Positions 1 through 12,954 of a stretch of 64,000 nucleotides of DNA are shown piece by piece. Position numbers and translations under genes: made by a program. The stretch spans positions 34,038,001 through 34,102,000 of the forward strand of contig NC_135889.1 in the NCBI RefSeq assembly GCF_964194155.1, read 5' to 3'. The first letter of the stretch is position 1; the number at the start of each line of letters is the position of its first letter. The notes beneath the pieces were generated by a model. It worked only from the letters and a program-made list of their open reading frames with translations, was not told where the DNA came from and did not search any database. Origin of the DNA: Cetorhinus maximus (taxonomy: Eukaryota).

Positions 1-350
1 AAATTCCATATACACAGCATGAATCATACCGCCCTCGTTTACCCTTCCCATTACAATTTGCTGTGTAAAATAAAATCTAGAGGACAATTCCAGATACTCT
101 AGATTCTCCAAATAACTGAATTCCCTCATTCCTAGTACCATTCTGGTAGATCTCCTCCTCAACTCAAAGCCTCAACATCCTTTCTGAAATGTGGTGCCCA
201 GAATTGGACACAATGTTCTCACTGAGATCTATCAAATGATTTATAAAGGGTTATCACCACTTCTGTGCTTTTCTATTCAATATCTCTACTTATAAAGCCA
301 AGGATCCCTTGTGCTTTTTCTACACCTTTATCAACTTCAAAAATTTGTAG
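1..350 (-). mobile_element. Degraded CR1 LINE 3' ORF2 fragment
   Basis: Resembles the reverse-strand CR1 copies at 38.8k and 58.7k (aaatgtggtgcccagaattggacacaatg = CVQFWAPH motif on minus). Confidence 0.7.
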
Positions 351-361
351 GTCACTTTGTT

Positions 362-640
362 CTAAAAAAGAATTGCATGTATCTTCCGGGTATTCAAAAG
401 TAATTTACAAATTAAGTGCTTTTGACGCATAGTCACTGTTATAATGAGAAAGAAACACGGCAGACAACAAGCTCCCACAAACAGCAATGTAATCATGACT
501 AGATCGCCTGTTTTAGTGATCATAGTTGAGGGATAAATATTGACCAGGACACCGGGCAGAGGTCCACTGTTCTTCATAAATTAATGCCATCGGACCTTTC
601 ACATCACCGGAAAGGGCAGACATGTCATTCGAAAGACAAA
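362..640 (-). mobile_element. Deu-domain tRNA-SINE (SacSINE1/AmnSINE1-like) fragment
   Basis: Reverse complement of the body of the 23815-24280 copy (aagctcccacaaacagcaatgtaatcatgac...gttgagggataaatattgaccaggacacc). Confidence 0.75.
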
Positions 641-1691
641 ATTCTATTTCTAAACAGTGATGTCAAATCCATATAATGATTCGCAAAAGTTTCAACAGAG
701 GAATTTTATATATATATATAGCTTCTATAGGGATGGAGAGGTGCTTCCCCCTTTCCTTTTCTCCAATTTTCACCTTTATTTCTCCTTCTCCCTTGCAGGC
801 ATTCAGTCATGCTTGGCTACACTGAATTGGAACAAGTTGGAGATTTCAAAAATTTGTAAGCTTCATTCACACTGGTGAGTACGTGAAAGAGCTGCTCAGT
901 ACATCTCAGGTTTCAGAAATAAAGACTTCTTCTGGGACCACCGGTTTGGATGCTTGTGATTATCCTGGCTCGATGTCGTAGGGGATATGGCACTCCTGCC
1001 TGGTAGTTTATAAATCATAAAGAGTGAGACCTTGAATGACAAAGGCTTGAATAAGCAAGTAATCTTAACTACCAATCCCAATCCTTACCGCAGTATTTGG
1101 GGCATTGAGATCAGAGTAAATGTTGCTAATCCCATTTACCATTCTTCACGTGAATGTCAGCAGGATTATCTGATTTTGAGAGATATTCCATCGAAACCGA
1201 TCCTATCCTACCCAGTATACGCTTTTCTCGACAGGCTGCTGGTAGACCTAGTATTGTCACGACTGCCCCAGTGATTAGCGAATTCAGGGATGAAACCTGA
1301 ACTGTCCCTTTTTAGGGCCATTATTACAGACACAATGTGTACCAGCAACCGTTGTAGGAGCCTCCTGTTTCGCCTCTTACCTGAATCCCGTTGCTAAGCG
1401 TTAGTTAGCCATTGTATGTTCTATTCTTTACAAAAGGGAAAATTTAAACACAAGCCTGTCAGTATGTTTTCAAACATCGCTTTTAGCGTCAGCAAACTGC
1501 ATATTGTCACGGGACAAGAAAATGGCAAGCTGTCAGCTCTGTTGTAGCGCAGCTAAGGGCTGACAAAATTGGACAGTTTGTCAGATACCATTGAGACATC
1601 AAAAGACAATCTAATTAAACATTGTGCAATTTCTTGCGAAACAACATAAACAAAAATGAAATAGGCAAAAATATACTTCAGTCATACTTAC

Positions 1692-1700
1692 TTTCCCCAT
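1692..1700 (-). CDS. CRYGS: Gamma-crystallin (likely gammaS by synteny) coding exon 1, Met-Gly-Lys; exon 2 not found, presumably left of the window
   Basis: Minus strand reads ATG GGG AAA|GTAAGT, the typical 9-nt first exon of gamma-crystallins with a perfect donor. TATAAAA lies 50 nt upstream. CRYGS lies downstream of TBCCD1 on the same strand in other vertebrates. Confidence 0.75.
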
Positions 1701-1749
1701 CTTTGGAATCTTCTGCTAACTGTTGTGCGATGAGAAACATGGACAGTGC

Positions 1750-1960
1750 TTTTATACGCTGCAGGATTTACAGGATACAGCTCTTTTGTCATGGAAATTA
1801 GATCAAAATATCGAGTCAGTCGTTTCAAATCCAGCAAGTTTTCTAGAAAAACTGATGGGATAATAAAATAACTGGAGCGTGAATTCCTCTTAACTGTTTG
1901 TTATGCCTGTTGGACAATTGTTGTGGATAAATTTACCAGCTTTGCTGAATCAGTTCAATA
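1750..1960 (-). promoter_or_regulatory. Gamma-crystallin promoter: TATA box, Sox-like site, Maf-like element
   Basis: TATAAAA (minus) at 1756-1750, CTTTTGT Sox-type motif at 1783-1789, TGCTGAATCAGT MARE-like at 1943-1954. Sox and large-Maf sites are the established lens crystallin promoter inputs. Confidence 0.55.
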
Positions 1961-2796
1961 AAAGCATGTAGACAATCAGCGATGAGAATAATTGGAGTAA
2001 TTTGTTTCAATCAAGCTGCTGAACAAAAATAAAGCTCCGAACAGATGTCCTGGCAACTCATCGGTAAAAATTTCACCTCTAAAAGTCATTCGCTGATCTG
2101 TGGTGTTTCTTGACCTCAGCTGCAGCAAGAATTGGCCATGGAGACCTGGGTTAGGGAAGGGGATATTATTCTTGGCACAGCTAAGAACTGGTAAAATTAA
2201 TATATTCTTTGTTTCAGATACAATTGGGTCAGCGGAAAAACAACCTATTCAACGGTGCAATTTCCTGTTAAACAACCTCAACAGTTGTTATATACTCATC
2301 CCCCTAAACAGAGGCTGCAGATGAATGGGGACAGGATCAAGTTTAGGCACCAGATGAATAAGAACCGTGCGAAATACCAATGGCTGTGAAATTACGTGTT
2401 AGTGAGAAACATACAAAATAGGCCAGTCGGCCCTTCGAGCCTAAGTCAACGTCTTCAAGAGAAAAGTAAAACACAGGTGGGAAATAAATTATAGCTTTTG
2501 TCAGATTAGTTATTGTATTATGCTATAGTCGATAAACAAAAAATAATTTTACAAACTTCATTTACTTTTCAACCACAAGCCACTTCAGACTGAGACGCGC
2601 TCAGTTGATAGAAGTCTGAAGTATTGGAGTTACATCTATTTGTTCAAAAAATTACAACTGCATTTTATTATTCCTTAACCTATTTCTCTGAACTGACGTG
2701 TTTTAAATGGAATGTTATTCAACATTAAACCGTGCCACGAAAGTAAAATCGTGCTAAGAGACTCCAAAACACTGAAAAGCACCTGATTTGCTGGTT

Positions 2797-3541
2797 AACA
2801 CTGATACTGGAACCAAACTTGTTTGCGATCTTGGCTAACGAAGATTCGCGGCAGAGGGAATTTATGAAGAAATGATTTCTGTAAGCATTATTAGATGTAG
2901 TCGTGTAATGTGCTAACAAAGGTTGGAATGAGAAAATGGCATTGAGCCAATCGGGGTCCTTCCATTTAGAATACAACTACCCTCCTCTTCCACCCAATCC
3001 CCAGTTCACCCCTTACTTTAAAAAACACTAAGTTCCTTCCTTGAATGACATCAAGCAGTACGGGACTCCTGCTTCAAATGCTAACTCACATTTTACTTTT
3101 TCGATGTATGCCTTCCTCTTTAACGCCCGTGCTGAGCCTCAATGTTAATACCTCTATATTCATCTGTCCATTGGGAAGCGCGTAAGCATAGACCAGGATA
3201 AGGTGCCTACTATTTTTTAATTCCTCTGCCTATTGCTAAGGAAACCAACTTAGACAATCCACAATATTATAAAACTTACAGTACTGCTTGATGTTATTCA
3301 AGGAAGGGACTTGATGTTTCCTAAAGGGGTGAACTGGGGATGGGGTGGAAGAGGATGGTATTTGGATTGTAATTGGAAGGGGCCCGGTTGGCTAAATGCC
3401 ATTTTCTCATTCCAGCCTTTGTTAGCACATTACACGATTACATCTCACCCTGCTTACAGAAACCATTTTATCTTAAGTTCCCTCTGCTGTCTACCCTAGT
3501 TGGCCAAAGTCGCGCACACGTTTAGTTCCAATAACAATGTT
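2797..3541. repeat. Long inverted repeat: arms 2797-3061 and 3281-3541, ~220-bp spacer
   Basis: The arms are reverse complements. The ORF track gives near-identical peptides on opposite strands (WLNAIFSFQPLLAHYT). The core 2894-2964 vs 3374-3444 matches 65/71. Confidence 0.95.
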
Positions 3542-5958
3542 TCATGGCTATCTGCCTATGACTAGTTGAAAGGAGTAGCTTTCTGTAGCCTCTCTATGAA
3601 GAAGTATCTGGTAAAGTAGTATGGCTGGTATCAGCAACTCATCTTACAGGCAATTCAGGATGTGAACCCAAGTCTCAGGATTTTGTGTACAAAATATAAA
3701 ACAGTTCATGCACACTCAGCCTTTACTGGAATTTACAGAATAATTTAGTACATCCGGAAAAGGATATGTTAAAGCTAAATCCATGATTCCCTATACAATC
3801 TCAATCAAGGCCACAGGTGACAATTAAATACTTGCATTGAGGAAGATGAAGCTGAAGTCGAGTTAGTTAATTAATACTAATGAGCTGGCTCATTAATTGG
3901 CTAAGAATAAAACTGAAAAAGGCCAGAAATAACTTACTCTTTCAAATCTGCCTCGTGGCTAACATACTGCAGAGAGGTGCCAACTGGAGGCAGACATCTC
4001 CCTATCGTGAAAAGTTAGCCGGGAGTATTCCAAGGTCTATTGTTGGGACTCCTGTAGCTGACCAAGACCATCTTCAGAACTGAATGATGACATTACATGT
4101 TCTCAGAAAAATGGACACCAAGGGTAGTTTTTAAAACAGAAGACAATATTATAACTAATCAAGTATTGCTCCACAGATAAATTAACAAAGGTTTTTCACC
4201 TTTCCTAAAATTGAATAGAAATAAAATGAAACCATAAAACCACTAACAGAAATAATGCTAATTTTACATAATGTCATCAGTTTTATTAATTCATAGTTGC
4301 ATTTAGTATGGTGCACTAGGCAACAAACCAGAGGAACACAGCATAGTTGGGATTTAATATTTTATATTTTGTTGAAATGGTTGAAAAGGTAAATTTATTA
4401 TTTAACTAGCACCAGAGGGTATTTTATTATTTTTCATATTATTCCATACTGAGTGCTCATAGAATGCTATTCGTCATGGACAATTGCAAAGTATTCCTAA
4501 AAGTGATAAAATTACAACAAAAGCTACTGACCAAACAAGTGCAGTTCAAGAATGTTACAATAACCAGTTTTTAACTTTTGACTCAAGATAAATGTTGAAC
4601 AATTTTGATTTTCAAATGGATTGAAAGTTTTTTTGAAAGGTGCTCCCATGTTGGATCAGCAAGTTTAGGTAGTAAACAGTTGAACCACTGGAACTTGAGG
4701 GACACCAGTTTAGTCTTGGCAGTAAGAGTGATACAACGGGCCTCAGCATCCCTTTGTTAAAGAAAGGTAAAGCATCCACTTTTCCTCCTCTTGACTGCTA
4801 CCCATCAACTTTGTTGGAAATACATATCTGTAAAAATAATACAGGCCAGGATCTAGCTCAGCACCGATGCTCCCCAGAATAGACCAACTTGTCAATACTC
4901 TTCATTGTTGAGGTTCATGTGTATAATAGACACATAAGTAAGCAATGTAGAAGGATGGCTGCTGCAAATAGAGCAAACACTTACCTCAAGGGGAGTAGGG
5001 AAGAAAAATAATGATGGGGATAAAAGCAAAGTAAAATGTTTGAGTGTTGGGCAAAATGTTTTGGGCAAATACTTTGGTTGTGGTTGTCAATTAGCATAGA
5101 AGAAAAGACACTTGAGTGCTTGCGACAGGGCTAAGTTAGCAGTTCACACAACAATTTGGTTAAGAGCCAAGATATCATTCAGGTGCCTCAGCTTAGAAGG
5201 GCATCAGTAGAAAATGAGATAATACAAGAAGAACTATCCAAGCACTGGGGGAAGTCTTAAATTACTTCAGCTTATATAAAAATAAACCCAAGGCAGAATT
5301 GAATACGACTGAATAAAAATTAAAACTCTGGGGTTAAGGAAATACACACTATTAGAGCAATACACAAACTGCTCTCTAAATTTCCTATAAAAGTTCTGAA
5401 TGGTGTCAGGAACACCATGAAAGCTTTCAGGACTGCTGAGGAAGTGAGCAAATGACACATGCTTCAAATAAACTAATAAAATATTCCTATGCAATATTAA
5501 ATATTTTTCTCTCTGTCCCTGGTACTTAAAGCTAAGCCCACAGTTAGGGTTGAAGCTCCTTGTGTGGAAAGTGAATTTTAATTAGGGCTAAGTATAAAAC
5601 TATACTGCATGAATTAAAAAATTCTGTATAAACTGCCATTATATTGGTGCTAAGAACAAAAATGAAATGAACCTTTGAACAGTATCATAATTGTAAGAAT
5701 TACATTGTTGATCCAAATTACAAAGTCTAATGTAATGCTATTTGAAAGACAATAATGGCACTAATGTCTGAAATGTGCACTTACAATTTGTTGTATTACA
5801 TTTTTATGAGATGCATAATTCATTAGGGCCCAACTACAATTGAATGATGCAGACTCACACAAAGAATGTATATTTGATAGAAGTGCAATAAAGGACAAGC
5901 CCAAATTTGTTTCAGTTATAGCCATGAACGCAAATCTCATCACAGAGCTCGTGAATTA

Positions 5959-6088
5959 TCAACATGTAGTCTGTTTTGAGGAAGTAGGAGCTGGAATAAG
6001 ACTGTCCAGCTGCTGACGATGTCCAGTTTGATCTAGCCATTCACAGAACTCCTGCTCCACCAGGTTTTGAAACAGCTTGCGTTGTTCT
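5959..6088 (-). CDS. TBCCD1: TBCC domain-containing protein 1, last coding exon
   Basis: ccAG|A GAA CAA...; encodes EQRKLFQNLVEQEFCEWLDQTGHRQQLDSLIPAPTSSKQTTC*, matching the TBCCD1 C-terminus (GHRQQLDSL); phase fits the preceding exon. Confidence 0.95.
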
Positions 6089-7349
6089 CTGGAAGAGAGC
6101 AGTAATAATATTAGCAAAGTTGTGAAAATATTCAAAACTTTCCACCAGGATAAATCTGTTAAGTCAGAAATGAGGAATCTGTTTCATTTCCCCAAGTTCA
6201 ACAACTGAACAACAAGTAAAGTCCTTGTTCTATCAACTCTCATCCACCCTGCAGATTTGAACTTTCACATGCAAATCAAAATTAAGGTTGTACTACTGTG
6301 TTCCTTTGTGGAAGGAAAAAACAATTAAAATGAGAGTGGAAAAATGTATTTTCCAATCATTGAGCACAAAAATCTGGATCATTGAGATCAGAAGTTCAGT
6401 TGGAATGTAGTTTGTTTATGCTCTTGAATCCAATACAATTTTCCTTATCCTTAAAATACACAATTAACACATTCTGTACTTAACATACTATTAACAATTA
6501 ATGTACTGCAAACGCAATAGTTTGCCATCTTCATTATCATGATGGTGCAGTGCAGTAGACATGCAAAGCTCTACTGCCAGCATTCAAAGCCCAAATGTTT
6601 CAGAGCTCTCCCATTATAAATTTTAATGTGCAGTTCTATGCCTATAACAGTGCTTCTTTGGAATAAGGATACAAGGAATAAAAGCATTTAATGCTTCAGA
6701 CAACTACAAAGATAACAAAACAGAATGTTACCTGAGAATAATTAGCTGCCTGCCTAGTAATCAAAGGGCTCAGACAATGCCAACAATAGTGATAAAAACT
6801 AGAGCAACGATACTAGCTTTCTGAGTCTCTCAATGACAATTCTTTAATTATCTCAGGGCATCCATTACATATTGCAAAATGTTGTGGGGTGATTTAATTT
6901 GATTATAGGTGCTGCCAGTATTGAGAAAAACTACCTTAACAGCTTGTGTAATGGATGTTGATACTGAATGATTAACAATTACACCTTTACAACAAGTTGA
7001 GAAACTGCAATTAACAGGAATTTGTATAGCTAGTATATATTGTAGTAGAGAACTGAGCTCTGCTGATAATATTATATGGTTTAAAGTTACTAATCTTTAC
7101 AACAGGATTTTTACAAAAAATGACAACCAGTGAATGTGGGACCTTCCAGAGATGCATGTTCTCCACTCCACAAATGATTGCAGGCGGTATTTTACTGCAG
7201 GACCTTGATCGTTCACCATTCTCACAGCAGACTCACTAAATAGCAGTCAGAAATGGAAATGCCTGCCAATGTTTTCTCTTTCTGAGGTTAACAGTAGCAT
7301 CCTTCCACACCCCAACTGAAATTGGCTAATGCAGTCCAGGTCAAAGGTA

Positions 7350-7532
7350 AATCTGAAATAAGAACAAAGTGCTGCAAAAACTCAACAGGGCTTGCAGCAC
7401 CTGTGGAGAGAAAAACAGAGTTAATGTTTCAAATCCAAGAGTGAACTCGAAACATTAACTCAGCCCAGCTGAGTTTTCCCTGCAATTTTTGTTTTTATTT
7501 CAGACCTCCGGCATCCCCAGTATTTTATTTTT
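7350..7532. mobile_element. Inverted pair of Penelope terminal-repeat fragments with the centre deleted
   Basis: Minus-strand tail (ctgtggagagaaaaacagagttaatgtttc) followed by plus-strand ctcgaaacattaactc...gctgagttttcc...atttcagacc. Confidence 0.7.
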
Positions 7533-8008
7533 ATTATAAGGGTGAATCTGAGACAGGTCTCAGTGTGATGGATGACTGTACCATAAGGTGCAGTGAATAA
7601 ATAAATCACCGCCTTATACCGAGCTACACTGATCTGGAGGTTCGAGTTCAATATCAGTTTTCAATGAGATCGCTGATCTCCACTGGGGTGACAGTAAAGG
7701 CATTACAAGTAGCCTCACTGTCCCTAGGTTGCCGAGGGAGAAGCATAAAAATAAAATCAGTGAGGATCAAGCTTCTGGTTGTCAGTGTGAACATCAAGAT
7801 AGAATATGGGTTAGTGCTGATGATTCCACAGACAAACATTCCTGACGATCATCGTCTTAGATTCAAATATGAAAAACGGTTGCTTAGGCATCAAATACGA
7901 GTGCTACTGTCACAAATAAAATCATTCCCAGCAACAGTCACTACCTTCAGGAAAGGAGACGGAAGAGACACTTATCTCAATCAGTATTTTCAGTGTATAA
8001 TTACTAAC

Positions 8009-8506
8009 TTGCTAAGTCCTGCTTCCTTAATAGTCTTCTGCCAATTCTGTATTTTCTGCTCCCTCTGTCTTATAGCCTTTTCATACGGCGGCGGCAGTCC
8101 TCCAGGGATCTCCATAGTATCGCCCTCTATTTCAAATGGAATCACAAATAGATAAAATTCTTTGGGGGACAGCAGCTGATAGACAGGCATTTCATTGTTG
8201 TCCACACCAATGCACAATGGTTTATTCCAGTAATTGGGGATTGTGGCTATCCCTGTCCTAGCCATGTGATCCTCCAACATTGGATAGTAAGTATGGTATG
8301 GAGCAAATGTTAAGCTCATGTTCCCAGACATGATTAGAGGGTTGGTAGGTGTGAGACAGTGGAAAGTACATGAAGAAGATGATGAGACTGAAAGTCTGCG
8401 GCAGATAGCTATTACTTTCACATCATCACAGCTATGGACGTGGATGGTTGTTTGAACAGGACCAAGAACAAAGGTTGTATTTCTGCACTTCTCGATACTG
8501 ACAGAC
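8009..8506 (-). CDS. TBCCD1: TBCCD1 coding exon 5 (TBCC/CARP beta-helix region)
   Basis: gcAG|G TCT GTC...AGC AA|GTTAGT; SVSIEKCRNTTFVLGPV...YPMLEDHMARTG...EIPGGLP...WQKTIKEAGLSK; 498 nt. Confidence 0.97.
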
Positions 8507-8924
8507 CTGCAACAAGAAAACAATATGCACATAAAGAATACAGAAAAAAAAGACAAATCTTCATATGCATTGACTTTACAAAATTTTCTTCTTCCTAATT
8601 CTAATTCAGATTCTAAAGATCTGAATCCCCTGCTGTAATGTACCACTTTCTGGCTTGGGACCGAGCAAATAACTCACTCCAAGGCCCTTGCCAGTGCTGC
8701 TGTCTTGAGTAGTCCAGGTGAACTTTATGCCGTTCTTGTGCAAAAAATGCCAGGACTCCATTTTGTGCCTCCAGCAGACAAACCAGCTATCAACAGTGAC
8801 TCGCAATCTGGCAAATCGCAATGACAGGCACAAAGTTAAATTGTATCACATCAAGCTGCAATATGTTAGTATTTCAATTTTCTGCACAATGCAGCTCATT
8901 CACCTTAGATTCCTGGACAATTTT

Positions 8925-9940
8925 ACTAACATCCTATATGACTGTGACAAAGGTAAACCATATCTCCTCTTCCTTCTTGTCTGTTTGCAGTCTTTGGAAT
9001 GGCTGACCACACCATCTTCCTCCAACACCTCTTCACTGTCATCCAGCTATGTGGGAATTCCCTCATCTGTTTCCAATCTTATCTATCTCATGGTAGTCAG
9101 AGTATCGGTTGCAAATGCTTCTCTTCCTGCTCCTGTACCATTACCCTGGTGTCCAAGAATCTATCCTTGGCGCCCTCCTATTTCTCATCTATGTGCTGCC
9201 CCTCGGTGACATCATCTAAAAGTGCAGCATTAGTTCTGATATGTATGCTGACGATACACAGCTCTCTCAACTCCTCAAATGTTACAAAATTATCAGACTG
9301 CTTACCGACATCTATGATCAGAAATTTCCTCCAATTAAATATTGGAAGACTGTGCCCTCCCCCCACCCCACTCTAAATTCTGTTCCCTAGCTACTGGCTC
9401 CATCCTTCTCCTGGCAACTTTGTTACCTCTAGACTTGACTATTCGACCGCACTCCTGGCTGGTCTTCCATTCTACCCTCCCCTAAACTTCAGGTCATCCA
9501 AAACTCTGCTGCCCATGTCCTAACATGCAACAAGTCCCATTCACCTATCAACACTATGCTCATTGTCAAGCAATGTCTTGATTTTAAAATTCTCAGCCTT
9601 GCTTTCCAATCCCTCCATGGCCCGTTCCTCCAATCTCTAACCTCCTCCAGTCCCACAGCCCTCTGGTATATCTGTGCTCATCAAATTCTGACCTCTTGAG
9701 CATCCCCAATTTTAAATGCTCCATGCCTTCAGTTGCTTAGGCCCTAAACTCTGGAATTCCCTCCCTACCTAATTTACCTCCTTTAAGGCACTCCTTAAAA
9801 CCTACCAGTTTGACCAAGTTTTTGATTATCTGTCTCAATATGGCTAGGTGCCATAATTTGTTTTATATTGCTCCAGTGAATCACCTTGGAATATTTTAAT
9901 ACATTAAAGGTGCTATATCAATATCAATTGTTGTTGAGTG
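8925..9940 (+). mobile_element. L2 LINE fragment (RT and 3' end) with internal deletions
   Basis: NILYDCDKGK..., DHTIFLQHL, and an L2-type 3' tail ending aaaggtgctatatcaatatcaattgttgttg; same family as the minus copy at 53345-55530. Confidence 0.8.
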
Positions 9941-10205
9941 TATAGGTATTCTACTTAATACATTTTCATGACACAAAAGTAATATAAAATTCCTAACAGT
10001 GAAGTAATGGCATAATTGTCCGTAGATTAGTTCTGACAACCTAGATCATTTAAAGCTTACCCAAAAATCTAAATAAAACCAGTTTCACAGAAATAAAAAT
10101 ATATTGACATTACCAATAAGGCTGTTTAGTGAGTCAGCTATATTTTGTCAGTTTAAAACTAATGCAAATTCGTCAACCTTTTTGTTGCATAAACATGAAT
10201 CTCAC

Positions 10206-10392
10206 CTTAAAGGAGATAAGAGATATATATAGCAGTCATTGCAGCGATGAATTTTAATATGAGCTCCAACCAGTTGATCCGAGCTCTTAGCCAGGGTTTG
10301 CTTGTACACTTGTGTCATTACCACCACCTTGTGGCCTTTAGGTGCGGAATAAATATTGCATGCAATCTTTGCCCGCTTTGTCGTACCTTCAA
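10206..10392 (-). CDS. TBCCD1: TBCCD1 coding exon 4
   Basis: taAG|TT GAA GGT...TTA AG|GTGAG; EGTTKRAKIACN...QVYKQTLAKSSDQLVGAHIKIHRCNDCYIYLLSPLR; 187 nt; missed by the ORF track. Confidence 0.96.
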
Positions 10393-10789
10393 CTTAGAAA
10401 GAGGAAGTAGCTCAGTAATATTGTTTGGACTGTTTAAATGTCAAAAGTCAGTGGCTGGCTGCAGCAGACCCACTTGATGCCATATGGTCATATATTCAAC
10501 AGCACAATCTAAATTAGAGATCAATAACTCAGTCTATTTTAAATTAGTTAAAATGTAACAGAAAACTAGATACTCATTTAAAACTCGTCTCAGAAATCAC
10601 ATGGTTATAATATAGTTTCTCTAGATAATTTGATGAGCGCCAAAACTATTCACTAAAAGATTCTACTCTTCATTATAGTAATGTAAATAATATATGGGTG
10701 CCAGCTCAATTAATTACTGCCATTGAATCAGGAAAGCCGTGATTAAGAAGGTCATGCCTCTATAAATGTAGCGGTCATTTTTTTTTCCA

Positions 10790-12035
10790 AATTCATTTTC
10801 AGAATGTGGGCTTCACTCGCAAGGCCAGCATTTACTGCCCATCTCCAGCTGTCCTTGAGAAGGTGCTAGTGGACTGCTGTGGTCTCTGGTGGTGAATGTA
10901 TTCCCATAGCGCTGTTAGGTAGGCAGCTGACCCAGCAACGATGAAGGAAGGCAACATATGACCAAGTCAGAATGGTGTTACTTGGAAGGATCTTGAAATT
11001 GGTGGTGTTCTTAAGCACCTGCTGCCTTTGTCCTTTTAGGATTAGGGATGTGCTGTCAAAGACACCATGGCAAGTTGTTGCAGTGCATCTTTAGAAGGTG
11101 CACGCTGCAGCCTAGGTGTGCAAGTAGTGGAGGAAGTGAATGTTTAGGATGGTGAATGGGGTTCTGGATGGGTGTCAAACTCCTCAAGTCTTGTAAAAGC
11201 TGCAACCATCCAAGCAAATGGACAACATTCTATCGCACTCCTGACTTGTGCCTTGTAGTTGTGAGCGGAGTTATCTGCCAAATATCCAACCTATTCTTGT
11301 AGTCACAATATTTATGTTGCGGATCAATGGTGTCTCCCCAGGCTGTTAATAGTAGGAGATTTGGTGATGGTAATGCCATTGAATAATAAGGGGAGGTGAT
11401 TAGTCTCTTATCTTATTGGATATGGCATTGCCTGGCACTTTAGTGGCATGAACATTCCTAGCTACTTAACAGCCCAAGTCTGGATATTGTCCAAGTCTTG
11501 CTGCATGTGGGAACACACGGCTTCATTACTGAGGAACTGCAAATAGAACTGAAGAACTTGCAATCATGAACATCCTGACTTATGACATTAGAGACCTGAG
11601 CACAAAATCTAAGCTGGATGGAGTGTTGCACCATCGGGCTGTCATCTTTCAGATCAGAGAGGTAACACCCTGTCTGCCCTCTCAGGGAGGACATAAAAGA
11701 TCCCGCAGCACTATTTTTAAGAGCAGGGGACATTCCCCCTTTGTGCTGGCCAATATATTTTTCCCTTCAATCAATGTCACAGAAACAGGTTACCTGATCA
11801 TTATTACATTGCTGTTTGTGGAGGTTTTGCTGTACACAAATTGGCAGCTGTGGTTCCCACATTATAACAATGGCTACATTTCAAAGTACTTCACTGGGTG
11901 TGAAGTGTTTTGGTATGTTGTGAGGTTGGGAAAGGAATTACACAAATGTATGTGTTTTTATGATGGAGAGGAAGTCATTGATGAAGCAGCTGAGGACAAT
12001 TGGGCCAAGGCACTGTACGGAGTAATTCCTGAATG
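10790..12035 (-). mobile_element. LINE family B (CR1-group) 3' fragment, interrupted by a SINE
   Basis: Reverse complement of the 3' part of the 33770-36690 element (cttgagaaggtgctagtg..., CSKTWTISRLGL). Confidence 0.8.
11590..11957 (+). mobile_element. Deu-domain tRNA-SINE
   Basis: Same body as 23815-24280 (gcactatttttaagagcagggga...catttcaaagtacttcactgg). Confidence 0.8.
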
Positions 12036-12954
12036 ATATCTTAAAATACTTGTATGTCTTAAATCAAAGCGGGATCTTTTTGAGAAGATTTTTACATTTA
12101 ATTTTAAAAACTGTATATGTGACTGAATCAAAATAGAAGGCTTTACACATCTAAGCACTTCTCTCATTGTTGCCTCACTAGCTGTTGACCTGGTCGAGTT
12201 CCACACATGTCGGCAACCTTGCATACTTTATTCAAGTCATGATGTTTGAGTTAAGCCACTGAATTTTGGTAGGTATTTCTCTATGGATGCAAATAAAGAA
12301 AAAAAAAATCCTGTACGCGAACCAATATCTAAGCACAAGCTCTTTCAACTAAGGAACACACACACACACACCCACACATATCTCTAGTATGATAATAAAA
12401 TTCCATGGATTTTTAAAAGAATAAAAAATAAAGTTTATGCTATTTCAGCTTCTACCTTAATCTTGTGTGTATGTCCCTATCTTTATTTTGCTCTTGGTAA
12501 AATGATTCAAAGTGAAGGATAATCAGTGCTTTTAACTTCTGTTTTGCTGTCTGTAGGATTTCTTCAATGTGATTTAGCCTGCTTCATGACATCAGTCCCA
12601 GAGATCTCCTATAGCCAGATCTTTGTGGGGCAGCTTTCTTCGATCAGGATTTGAATCTGCACTTTTCTGGGTTTGTATGGCTCAGTATAATATCAAGTGA
12701 TGTATTTATTCAGTGGGGAAACTTTCCCTTCATCATAGTTAAAAAAAAAAATTTACAGCATGTCAACATATGTAGTACCATGCCACACATGGAAGACGAC
12801 ATAATAGTTGCCGATACAATTCCAAAAATGTTTTGAATACTTGAAATATTGTTGTTTTCAAACCTGCCTGCCAGTCAAATAAATTTTAGTGATATATGCA
12901 CTTTGGCAGATTTTAGTATTGTTAAAACTATGTTTCAAAATTCAGTGACACATA

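Noticed and set aside
600-1685. Crystallin exon 2 within the window
   Set aside because: No FYED/QGR/CNSIRV-like coding on the minus strand in the parts I translated; it probably lies left of position 1.
3542-4700. Mirror-image second crystallin gene on the plus strand implied by the inverted repeat
   Set aside because: No TATA / ATG-GGN-AAR / GT series was found at the mirror position, and homology stops at ~3541.
8507-8646. N-terminal extension of the 218-aa ORF
   Set aside because: Intronic read-through; a good acceptor at 8508-8507 and phase agreement with the 10206-10392 exon define the real boundary.
7664-9376. Long plus-strand ORFs (7664-8155, 8718-9209, 8999-9376) as novel genes
   Set aside because: They are antisense to a TBCCD1 exon or lie in decayed L2 sequence; no independent gene structure.
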